Origin: Dicyema japonicum
Taxonomy: Eukaryota > Animalia > Dicyemida
NCBI GenBank assembly: GCA_011109175.1
Contig: RDEW01000089.1
Coordinates: 62,753 to 126,752 of the forward strand
Direction: 5' to 3'
Length of the DNA stretch: 64,000 nt
Positions 47,151 to 60,043 of this stretch are shown in pieces. The position numbers and the translations under genes were made by a program. Every line of letters starts with the position of its first letter. Positions within the stretch are counted from its first letter, which is position 1. The notes beneath the pieces were generated by a model, which did no database searches, had not been told where the DNA came from, and worked only from the letters and a program-made list of their open reading frames with translations.

Positions 47151-47559
47151 AAGATATCAAGACTGAATAAAGGAATCACACGGAACATCACAAAACACAA
47201 CAATTCTTTAAAAAATTAATATTTTTATGTTATTTAATTAGTTGACATCATGAATAAATGTGGTATAATCTTAAACCATAAAAATATAGAGTCTTCCTTT
47301 ATGTATGACCTTATGCAGAATCTATGCTAAATGATGTTCTGTTTTTACTTAATAGTAATGGATCGCTCAGGACAGTTGTATGTTCCTCCAATTCGACAAA
47401 TTGCATTGGTATCGTCTCAAGAACACCTATTGGCTATGTTGGATTTACAAAATGCCCAAACTTGTATCCAAAAAATACATTACTAAATAATCATGCAAAT
47501 GTTATGTAATATGGAAATTTTTACTGCTTTAACTTACAAAAACTGAGGAAATGTAACGT

Positions 47560-48470
47560 GATTACTGTTCTTATAAAAATGACCCAATCATGGGTGTCTG
47601 CATCGATCTTCGTTGATATCTTTGTGGTAACAAGTGGTTTCTAACACAAATTTGCTGACCATCGCCTACTCGGAGTTTGTTGACTGATGTGTTGAATGAA
47701 ATCAAAAACTTGATAAAAGAAATTCAATCTTCTGGAAGTCATCCAAAAAATTATATGTCAAGGTACTAGATTTACCAATTTAGAAAGGCGGGTGAAGAAT
47801 TGTTTTACGAGAGAAGTACCTATTTTTAGTTATAACAAGGTACATGGCGTGGACCCCCTGAACATAATTTTTAGAAGTTCGATCCTAGACCAAGATATCT
47901 TTAAGGAAGACTGTCAAATTCCCCCAATTCACATAATGAGAGAGTGACGTTATCCAAGATATACTCCATGGACATATCTATCCCAGGAATAGTTTGTGGT
48001 GAAACTTATTGTACCTCAATTCTGAGATAGTCAGGCACGTGCTTATAAGTGCCATTTCAGTGTCATTCGTCTTTACATTTTCGAGACTTTCGACAGCGAG
48101 TGACATGTGGCCCTACTGAAACAGCTTCAGATAGATTTGGCTGCATGACTTGCTTGATCAAATGTTTGTGGAGAAGATTTCAATAAGATAATACAGTTTT
48201 AATATCTCTGAAGATATTTTCCTGGAACCTAGTGTAACTCAGGAACCTTTCATGATCTCGGAAATTCCATTCGAACTCTTCATTACATGCGGTGTGTCTC
48301 CAAAGTCTACAAAGTTAAAGATAATGAAGCTAGATGCAGAAAACCTTTATGGCGATGCTATGTCTAAGGAAGGTATGCTACTGAGGAATGATGATAAAGA
48401 CCCAAGTATGAAGACCTTAAAGCAAAGCTTATGGTACTTCAAATGTTCCTTCCCTGAGAATATAATTTAG
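47560..48470 (+). mobile_element. Probable Maverick/Polinton protein-primed DNA polymerase B fossil
   Basis: FITCGVS...KIMKLDAENLYGDAMSK resembles IRGGIS...IMYLDANNLYG.AMS; upstream frames heavily disrupted. Confidence 0.5.
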
Positions 48471-48549
48471 TGGTTTTTTAAATTACATTTTTAATTACAC
48501 TAAATACGGCCTTCTCGAGTATTTTACCGTTCATCGCTTCGGATAACAA

Positions 48550-48741
48550 ATGCAACTGCTATTCCTTTTACTAGTTATGTTTTCACCAAAAAGTTAATAT
48601 TTATTTTTTCAAATATTAGTTAATAATGAAGAAAGTTGCTATGATATGGAATTACCTGATGACCCTTACTGCTACCTAGCCGACGTTTATGTTGAAGAAT
48701 GCTGTTGGAACGTCAAGAAATTAGTTTGTGATTTACAATGA
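48550..48741 (+). CDS. Candidate small secreted Cys-rich peptide gene (may extend to 49776)
   Basis: MQLLFLLLVMFSPK, then a 27-nt GT-AG intron (48593-48619), then INNEESCYDMELPDDPYCYLADVYVEECCWNVKKLVCDLQ*; no recognised homolog. Confidence 0.35.
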
Positions 48742-49644
48742 ATTCTTGTTTGATTACTAATACTTTCGACTATGTACAATCTATTGTTTATTTTAGTATA
48801 AACGTCACAATCCAAAGAGTGCATTTATCAAAGGATTAAAGGGGTAACTCCCATTGCTTGCTCAAAGCCTGCAGACCCTAGTGGACATATTAAAATAAAA
48901 ACTAACTTGGAATTAAATAGCCCTATAGATTCCTCAGTGGCTGTCTTACTCTCTGTTGGTTGGGAGTCTTTAGAGAGTAAATTTGTCATGTTTTAAAGTT
49001 TATTTTTTAGATTAAGAAACAAACAATATGTCATAATACATCCCCTTGATTAACTAGCCATTCCTTCACAGGAGTGTAAACAAGATTCGCTCAAATATAA
49101 AACAGTGTTCACAGAAATCTCCAGTGTGTAGTTATTGTTTTTTATCTTAATTATGTTTGATATTCATGGTAAGTTAACCCAAACATTTTTATTACCTTTC
49201 AGAGTTGACAAAAAATCACATATTTGAATGTCATGAATTATAACAACGTTAGTCAATAATGAAAGGAGTGACCAATCTATGGTAGCGGCCAGCATTTGCT
49301 GCGTCTTATTTAATAGCAGCAAACCTCCTACAAGTTTGTGAGGCCATGGTTACTTAACTAACCATATTATCATGTATTTTCAATGTAAAAACGTGTCGCT
49401 TTTGTTAACAAAAAGTAACAAACAATTAGGAAAAATCGATATTGTCAAATTCTGTTAATAACTAAGTTATTTGGATTTTATTGTTCCGAATTATTTTATT
49501 TCTGCCACACTGACAAGCAAGTTAATGGTTTTCTGTTGAATGTTCTTAATACAACATTAATTCTTATATTCCTTCCTTTGAGATAAAAAATTCGATTGAT
49601 AAAATAATTGAAACCTTTGTACGAGTTCCTACCTGCGTCAAACC

Positions 49645-52600
49645 CCTTCGCTCCTTCAACATTATCGGAGCGCGGTATATTGTTGAAGCGGAAATCGCTT
49701 CGTTCCTAAAAAAATTTGGACGCCTTGATACACTAAAAAGCCACGACGCACGTGAGACTGGAAGGTTCTCCAATTGATCTCTTTCATGATCGCGAAAAGC
49801 GACTCAACGTCAATTATGTCGGCGGGGATCGATTTTGAGTAATTTTAATATTTTTGAGCAAATTAAATAAATTGTACCAAAAAACACCGTAATAACTAGA
49901 ATGAAAAAATTCAGGTTATCCCGGTCTCTCTTAGAAGTCTTCGCATGCTCTGACTTAAAGGAAGTGCAGTCTAGGGTGGACTACTCTGGATGGTTGTTGA
50001 CTAATGGTCTTTTTGGATATAATTTAGGATCATTGGTGAACCACATGACGCACGACAACGATTTAAGCTCCCTAGAGACAAAAGGGAAGAGAAGGAACAA
50101 AAGAAACAAACAAAAATATTCAATTTAGGAGGCCGCATTGCACAACTCTTGGCATTTTCTTTGATTTTTGTGTTTAATAAAGTTTGTTATTATTTGAATT
50201 ATATATCAGAGAGTTGTTCAATAAATCTCCAACACTATTCATTGATCATTAAGCAATTTTGTGCAATAAAATTTATTCAGGTGTTACAAACTTGAATGGG
50301 TTTACTTACATTGTTCCTAAAAAGTAAAAAATCATAATGACTGCTTTGAATATTTTTAAAGTATCTGTGGGGATGGATTATTGTATCTCCGTTTCCTCAC
50401 AATTGGAGTTGCATTTTGTCATTCTTATGACCGCTATTGTACACCATCTCACCTGAAGATTTATCTGAACTTGTAACGAACTTACCCTCAATTCTTCCAA
50501 TATCATGAATTTGATGATCTTGAGCGTCAAATACGGCAACTGCTTACGACTCTCAAACCTGCAAATTAAGAGAGGTTATATTCATGCAGGAAGACTTTTA
50601 GGAAAGGACTTTCCTCAGTCACTTCAATAGTGAACTGATGCTCTTCTAGTTCTCACAGCAATGTCTCCACAGCAATGTGGGTGAAGTGGAATTGGCATGG
50701 ATGACAGATGGCTCAATGATTTGTTGGAGGAGATAAGGATTAAACAATAAAAAACATATTTCACTTTAATATTCTGAACTTCGCTGAAATCTTTATTTCA
50801 TAGATTTGTTGTCCCAATCTGTTTAGTTAGTTAGTTAGTTAAGAGCTCTTTCGCGTGGCCCTGAAAGGGGTTCGCTTGAGTCATGTTTTGCAGCCATCCT
50901 CCTCGCCATCCTCGCCCACGCCATCTTGTTCCTGGCCCTCATTCGAACATCATCCAGATCGTCCGCTGTCACCAATTTACGATTATTTTGTTCGTAGTCA
51001 TCTTTTAAGCAGGTTGGAAGTGTGTGTCTTGGTCTGCCTCGAAATCCGCGACTTCCGGCGTAGTAGAAATATTCTTCCATTATTCTGTTACATGGCGTAG
51101 TCGGGTCCAGTCTGAGGATATGTCCAAATAGTCGCCATCTCGATAAAATAAATCGGTGCTGAGTGGTCTGGATTTACATCGTGAATATAGATTTTCATTT
51201 GAGATTTTTCTCGGCCAAAAAATTCCAATCAACATGCGGAGTTGGTTCCTGTGAAAAGTATCTAGCTTCTCTAAATCAATTTTAGAACATGCCCATGTTC
51301 CGGAATTGTATAGCAAAATTGGTTTAACAAACGTGTCGTATAGTCTGACACGAAGTTTCAGTGATACATGTTTTTTCCTTATCCAAATTTGGTACATTTT
51401 TTTGAAGTATATGGTAGCCAGCATTTTCCTTCGACAAATATCCTCAGCATCACCTAGCAGTGAGCCGAGTTTTTTGGTATGTCTCCAGCACTCATCGTTC
51501 CTTGATTCTGCTCGTTCGACTCGTGTATAATCAGTTTTTTTAATGTTTATGCGTAAATCCCAATTCTTAAAAATACGTTCGGCTTGAAGTAAAATTTGGT
51601 CAAGTATTTCTTGGTCGGTAGACACAAAGTCTACATCATCCGCATAAATTAACTCTGTTATGTCCCGGTATTTAGGACCCATGACATTTCTCAATTCCTT
51701 GAGCGCAGCTTCGAGGTAAACAATAAATATAATTGGGGACAAGGAATCTCCTTGTGGAGTGCCCATGTTGGTACTGAAACTCTTCGAATGCTTTGTTCCT
51801 ATTCTCACGGATAGGTCAGTTTCGGAAAGTAATAAACTTATTAGTCTCAGGCAGTCCTCGTCAAGCAGTTCCTTTAGAACAATCATGAGTTTTTCTCTAT
51901 TGATGCTGTCAAAAGCCTTCGTTAGATCAATTCCTAGGATGTAGATTACTTTCGTGTATTTTTGACATATTGATGTGAGCCATCGATGACTCCACACAAT
52001 ATCTGAGGTTGATCTTCCACTTCTAAACCCACTTTGACTTAGGGAAAGGTATTTTTCCACTGGCTCTCGTATACGGTTAAGCACTATGATCGATAAGGTT
52101 TTCCTGATAACTGACAATAGAATAATAGGTCTTAGTCCGTCCAACGACCCTTCTTTTTTCCCAGGTTTATGTATTGGAATTAAGACTCCATGTCCCAAAG
52201 GAAGTGGACAGTGAAGTTCCATCGACTCATTTAAGATATTCGTGATTATATTCCCAACAGTAACCGGGGCATGTTTTAGTAACTCACCCGGAATGCCATC
52301 ATAACCAGCCGACCGATTTCCCTTTAGATGCATAAATGCATCGGTTACTTCCTTTATTGTAATTTTGTTTGTAAGGGGTCTCGGATATCCAATAAATTTA
52401 GGTACATTCATCCCTTCAGATTTAAACAACGACTCGAAGTGTTTAGCAATATAATTTGCTTTATCCTCAGGGTTTTGAAAATATTGACCTTCGTCGTCAC
52501 AGACTTTCAGTGGTTTCTTTGCAGTTCCTCGTGTAAGTAGTCTAACAGCAGAGAACATTCGTCTTCCATACTGACAGTTTTCGATTTCAGTTGCTTTATC

Positions 52601-55600
52601 GTCCAAATATTTATGCCAAAGAATATTTGATCGTTTTCTTATCAGATGCGATATTTGATTGCGTTTTCTCCTTAATACACATTTATTTGAATTTGAACTT
52701 CCCAGTTACGAACGTACTTCTTTCTGCTGCTCAGACAATTCTCGAATTAAGGGGTCATGAATCATTCGTCTATTTTGGTCTTTTTCCTGGTATCCAACAG
52801 TCTCTATCACCGACAGTTTTAGAATATCCAAGATCTTCCCGAGGTCAGTCGAGGGGGTGCCACTGGGTTCAACTCCACGTAAATGTTTAGAGACATTTGT
52901 TGGTATCTCTTTTGCCAAGTGTCAAAAGTCAACATTTCCACAGCCAAACGTCTATTTAGAGGTGTGCTTTTCCTCTTGACTGCCTCAATTCCGTAGTATC
53001 GTTTGAGATTTAATCTGGCCACCGTTAGCTTATGGTCACTGTCAGTAGTGGTTCCTCCATAACTCCTAGAGTCAGACAGAAGTCTCTTCAAGGAGATAGG
53101 GCAGATAATGTAGTCTATTTGGTTGAATATGCACGTATGTTCGTCTTTGGACCTTCTTATGCCAACCCAGGTAGTTCTATGTTTTGCTGGGTGTTTAAAA
53201 GTGGTATTACATAGATACAGATTTGATGAATTACAAAAATCCATGAGTGAGTGTCCAGAGAGATTACGATACCCTCTGCCATATTTTCCCATACAGACTT
53301 CGTCGTGCCTTCTCATGCCAGCCTTGGCATTCCAGTCACCACAGATAAATATAAGTGCAGATCGATGAACTCGCATATATGTATTCGATAGGATTTGATA
53401 AAACTCTTCCAACTCATCCATATTTTTGGAAACTCTGCTCATGTGTGGGGCATATACATTGATAACAGTCATCATAGTATTGTTTGTAGGTGATAAACAC
53501 AATTGCATAACGGCAACACGATCACTGACTGTCCATACTTTATGCAAGCAATTCACTAGGTTCGAGTTAATTGCAAAACCAAGACCGTAATGCCGATTTT
53601 CTGATGGGAGTAAAAGAATCCGGTAGTTACCAATGGTTTGATCCTAGGCGTTCTTTGTTTCCTGTATGAAGCAAATGTCGATTTTGTAACGGGACAGATC
53701 TTCGGATAATAGTTCCCTCTTGATCAGAGATGAGAGGCCACGAACATTGTATGTGGCGATGGAAAACAAGGATTTTGCATTTAGACATGATAAAGACATG
53801 AATTTTTCTAGAGAAGAAAAACAGAAGCACGTCACCACTTCAACCAATATGTTTAGCTATACTATACAATTTGTTCTGTATATTGATTAATTTATGATTT
53901 TTACTTTTTATCGAATTTGAAAATTTTATGATTTAGAAAGAGACTTGTAAATTGGTTAAGAAATTTAAAAGAACAAATTTCGAAAAACTTATGATGATAA
54001 TGAGGAGAAAAGAATTTCACTGCAGCTACCCTTTCGGCAATCAAGCAATACACCTAATCTGTTTATGCATGAAAGTAATCACAATTTCCATACTGCTCAA
54101 TCAAAATGGAGGTTTCGTCGTGGAACTGATAGCTGCTAGGTCCAAAGGTGCAAGTATCCATATCACTGGATACATCGGTAGTTTGGAATCTTACATAACA
54201 ATGTTGGCAGAGATATTTTTAAAATGGAGAGTGTTTGAAATCGATTCAGAATGACTCAGTTAAGCGAATGCTAACTGAGGACAGACAATTAGTGGTTGTA
54301 ATTGATAATGCCCTATCACACTCAAAAAGTGAGGTTGTATTTTAAGAACCAGAATTTGTGGGGCATGTCATCTTGTGACTAGCAACATATAATCGAGTTT
54401 TCAACCCAATCGAGAAATTAAGTGAACTCGAAGGCCTCAATCAGATTTCTCATTTTCTCCTCGTGCGCCTTCTGGGATCCTACACAACTTCTCTGTGGGC
54501 TGGGTGGTTTCGGGGATAGGAATTGGAGAAAGATGATGTATACCCTTCTCATAATACACGTCGTGGTTGTGTATTGTTTAGAGTTGCACTGCCTGCACAG
54601 AGTAGCAAATCCCTTTCCATTTTGTCAGATAAGGTCTTCAAGTGATAAGGTTATTGGTTTTTCTAGTTTTCCGAGATTGCTAGTAGTAGTGGCTGTTAAG
54701 GCCTGAATGTCCCGGATTCTTTGATTGTTCGTCCAGGAAGATTGATTCCCCAAGACGTACACGTATAGCTGACAGATGGCTCAATGAATTGTTTGTACAA
54801 CAATTTCAAAGCCACCAAAAATAGTTTTGATTATCCTTTGCTTTTTTGAACATTTCCAGAGATTTCGTCGACGTGAGATGCAAAGGATATGTGTGTGTTG
54901 AAGGTGATCCCCAGACTTTCTGATGCCTTGGAGATATCTTGATCGTGGGATCCGACTAATTGGTATCAGCATATGATAGGAGAAAATCGTCTTTATCATG
55001 GGTCGTGGTAAATCGGACATGTATAAGTTAAATAAGGCGGGTGATAAAGAGGAACTTTGTGGGACACAATTGGGTAGTATTTTTGAAACTGATTTGGTTT
55101 CATCAATGTATAAACGGGCCCTTCTTCCATTGACGAAGTGAAAAGCCAAAGTATTATATTGGGGTTGACGGGAGAACAAACAATTTCCGGTTATGATTTT
55201 CCTTGAGACAGAGTCGAAGGCCTTTTGCAAATCGATCGAGCAAATGACTGTTTTGAGGTGACGAGGATTTGTGTTTAATTCATCCTTTTTAAGCCCTCAC
55301 TGACATCTGAATGTGAGATTAAATTAATCGGTTGTGTTCTCTTCAGTCTTATTGAGGATAGAGAAGGCCCATACATTTTCCTGAACGCCATTATAAGCAA
55401 GAAGCCCCATACATTTTCCGGGCACTGTTTCAGCCTTTTTTGGTTGCGAATCTTAAAGGTCAATTTCCAGATGTAGTCATGTAACACAATGTATGGCTTA
55501 CAGTCGTTGGCTAGCACCGAGATTGGATAACACTGTCTACCTTGATTTGGACCCTGCTGTTCTCAACTACAGATTGCACCTTTCGAGTCCGCAACTTTCT

Positions 55601-58600
55601 GGTGTGGCGAATGCCATACTTATTGCATAGTAGAAGACTCCTTATTATCTCGTTATCATCTGTGAAGGAGACAACTCTGCTTAAATATTTCTAATCACAA
55701 ATCGACAACAATCTTTCCGGAAACTAAGAGAAAACGCTGTCCCGAGAATAGGCCCAATTCCACAGTTTTTTTACCAGTGCATATAGGTAGAAAAGAAAAT
55801 CAGAAACATCACCGAAAGCATCTAGTTATCGAGAAGAAGGATTCTTCCTGATGTATGGTCCAAAATATTTTAAAGTGTCTGTATATCGTCCAAAATATTT
55901 TAAAGTAATTATTATATCACATGACTTAAATCACCAAGCTATTCACATTGCAAGATACGATCTCGAACCCATCCAGTCTCTCGAGATCATTGGTGACCCT
56001 AATGATCCTCGGCTCCATATATGAATGGACTTGATCCTAGGCTGATGGAGCCAAATATTTCGGAAAATATACTTTAACATGCATAGCGTCCCAAACCATG
56101 TTTCGACAATTAGCGAGTGGGAAAATCGTCATCCCTTCGGTGCGTTTTCCATTACTAAGGAATAAACTAGTGGTGGCCAGGAGAGTAAAGTGCATTATTA
56201 AGTCAAATTGAGACCGCATTTATGGGGACATCCATACATCTGCTTAAAGGATGATAACCATCATCTAACGTCCACAATGATATTTTCATTTAGCACAAAC
56301 TTTATGGTCAAGACAAAGTGAAGCTACTTTTCTCACTGCCTCATCGTCAGAACGTTGCCAATTTTATCACAGATAAAATTCAACCAAGCATTTGATGAAT
56401 GACTTCTAGCCCTTTTGAGACAGGCCTTCTTGCATCCAAATTGCTTTCAAAGAACTCTTTATTTTTCAAAAACATATCTTAATCCGATTTCAGATTAGTT
56501 CAGTCATCCGGATCACTAAGGAATATTTCATAAACTCACAGATCCTGCTAGTTACAGATAATAAGAGTAAGGACAGTATTCAAAGATAACAACCAAATTT
56601 GCTTCCATATAAAAGTTAGGAGACCAATCGCATCTTAGTCATCAAATGTATATTTAAAATCACTTCAACGATTGACCTAATTTTATTTCAAGGAAAAAAA
56701 TGAATAAACTTGATCGTTTTTTTCAGGGATATAAATTGGTGTTAATTAAGTCAAATTTATATTGATTAAAAAATAATATACCTGTTTTTAAACTGAATCG
56801 TACTGCTGTACCCTGTCTTAGAAAGAATAATTTCATTTCAAAAAAACGATGATGGGATGAATTGAATATAAAGAACAGACAGTTTCCCTCAGATTTTTGC
56901 TGAATGAAATAAGCATTATCACAATACATCATATAGAACTTAAACCTTAAGCTATGCGCTCACACGCGGAAAAGGAATATGTTCAAACAGTTGAGATCGC
57001 ATGGTGGGACTATTTAGTCTATAAGGAACATATTCAATTCACCACGAATACTACAATATAAACCAAAATGGACTCATATAATAAGATGACTGAGTAAATC
57101 AGCTACAATTGATGTCAGCATTGGATAATCTTCTGGCTGAATAGAGGGGCTTGTAATTCCAGATCTAAACGAAATAACACTAAAAGCACGTTTCAAATTA
57201 AATCAAAAAATTATGGTTGGTAGTTTGGTCACTTGTGAAATGCCCCGATAGATTTTGTGAGATATTGATCCTTTAGCACATAATTAGTTGATTTAACCTT
57301 TTTTGATGATGGTCTTGGGGTTATATAAATAACTATATATGGGTAACAATGGCACGTGGCTCATCTACGTAGAAAAGTTTTTCACTTGAATTGTTAGAAT
57401 AGAGTTTCAACCTCTTATCCAGCATCATGGATGCGGATATTGTTTTATCCTGCTTCTATACTGGAGAGACGTCGACGAAAATCCTTGCAAGATCTCATTA
57501 TAATGCAAATTAACTATAAAGAAATCAGAACGAATATTACCGAACTATAACGCTTTAACTTCAGACATTCTGTAGATATCGCTATTTACCGTGAGCCAAA
57601 CTCCCATACCCCGCAGCTATTGAATCACCGATACTGCATGAACTCAAGCGATTCATCTGGATAGAAAATACGATAATCGGTATGCTAAAAAACAAGTGGA
57701 GAATAGTACAATATGTGGAGATTTCAACGTCAAATGTCTTTAATGGCAGACTACCCAATTACCCGACAAGAGAGGTAATCTAATTTTTGACTCTTTATAA
57801 AGCCAATGATTCTAAATCTTCCTAACATTCAACATTGCAAAGAAATCATAATCAACTTCACAAGGCTTGTCCATTTCTTACTCAAAGATTGCCCACTAAT
57901 TTCTTAGAACGTGTCCCATGACTTCCAAAGTGATCATAATCCATTTATACTAAGTTACGCCATTTCAAAACCCCACACGGGGAAAGAGCAACATCGAAGA
58001 ATTACAAGAAAACAGAGTAGCAAAATTTCAAGATATTCACTGACCGTAACGTAATTGAATTTTCATATTTAATTCTCTCGACATGAGAGTGGACCATCTA
58101 AATAGTTTTATTCCAGACCAAAAAAGCTATTATCTTTCGAGTAGTGCATAAATGCTGTAATAATACGGAGGACGTGAGATCAAAATCGAGTCTACTCTAA
58201 ATTGTTTCCGTCAAGGATCGCTTTACAATTTATTCTTAATCGAAGTATCTTGCCCAAGAGGACTTGATTCAACGCTTTTAAAATATGTTGACAATTTAAT
58301 TATTACAGTCCGAGACAGTTATGTGGATCTGCAAAATCAAAAAATCATTCACACCAAATCGCTATATGGTATGCTTAATTCGATTCATATTGTGATTCTT
58401 ACGACTACTATCCATAATTGCTCATATAAATATTAGTTAAGCCATGTCTCTTAATTTTAAATAATTTTTTAGATAAAATATTAACACGTTGTCATTGTCA
58501 ATTGTTGTTTTAATAAAACGTAACTGTACACGATTAAAAAACAAACAAAAATTGTCATTTTAAAGTTTATTGAATTACCAATAAATATCAGAAATTCATT

Positions 58601-60042
58601 TCCAAAAAATATAATGCACCTATTTCTCATAGATTTATTGATGATCTGAAAAGTAGAAGAGGATCTGAATATATGTTGAAAAACTTACGATCTGTCATTT
58701 CTCGCAAAGAATATTTAAAGTTTAGTTTCAGTCATGTTATGTACAAATGTGGACGGTATAGATAAACGAACACTTTTACTAATTGAGATTTTTTAAAATC
58801 CTAAATGCTTCAAAAATTTTAAATTAAAAAAATATGTCACATTTTCTAATTCAAAAAAGCATGGATGGATAGCCGAAATTTGAATCAATTTCTTTTGAAT
58901 TAAGAAATAGAATTTGGGGCGCATAATATAAAAATTTTGTTTGTTGTAGATCAATGTTCTCACATAATGAATTTCAAAATTTACTTAAGGTTTTGGTTGA
59001 ATTGAGCTAAATTGAAATAATATTTCTACCAGCGATTACAACGTCGTTTTGCAACCACTGGATCAGGGTATAATCAAATCGTAAAAAATGCAATTTGAAT
59101 TCTCTTAAATTTATAAATATTATTCAAAAAATTGAGGCGGTGATGAATCCCTATTGTGGATACAAAAAATTAAACTTAAAGGATGCAATATTATTCACAT
59201 ATTATGCTTGGAACAAAATAGATAGTTCTTTAATATTCGAATTCTTCACACGCAAAAATGGATTCAAAACAATGAAACTATAAATAATGAAAAACCGTGT
59301 TATTAAAAATTACGGATTATATTATAGACAAAATATTATAGCTGCTTTTTCGAAATCAGTCATAATTGTCCTCGGTGATAACGATGGCTCCAATGATTTT
59401 ATTCCGAAAAAACTTTTTATAGCTTTCTTCCGTTCTTTTACACATTAAAATGCTTTGGTAAGCCTAGCAAAAACAGTCATTGGTAATTATCCAAGGAGGG
59501 AACGCAAAAGAGAACGTCTGCTTGTGACAACTAAATTGATCCCGCAATAATACATGGCAGGCATACGTACTTCTGAAAGAGAGGTGAAAAAATAGGTCCT
59601 CTCTTTTCAGTTTTCATAGGTCCTACCGTCACCGGATACGTGACTCCTATCGCCGAATAATCTCTAAAATCGCAATTTAACTATAATATAAAAAATCAAA
59701 ATTTCGACTCTTCTATCTAGAAACCCGCCCACGTGGTCCTTGATTTGACTGGGATGAATTTACAGCGATGAATTTACCGGTTACCCCTTTAGAAGAGAGA
59801 CTTTATATCGAAATTGACTACAATAAAAATAGAACTTGATTTGAATGATTCGGAGAAAATAGTACAAGAAATTGATAGTGATGAGCCACTTGAAGAAAAT
59901 TAGAAAAGTGTATCTATAAGCGAGGATTTTCTAAGCTTAAATAAATTAAACGAATTCTATAATCAAGAAGAATTCCTTAATGCCGAAAATCTTGAATCTA
60001 TTGAAAGTTTAATCTTCAATGATCAAAAAGAAACAATTAATA
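49645..60042 (+). repeat. Segmental duplication copy B
   Basis: Colinear with 25590-~36030; ends at the single N at 60043. Confidence 0.95.
50827..53847 (-). mobile_element. Full-length RTE LINE, copy B
   Basis: Same flanks as copy A; 508-aa RT-containing ORF; an AAA-to-TAA nonsense change near 52708 and frameshifts at positions different from copy A. Confidence 0.95.
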
Positions 60043-60043
60043 N

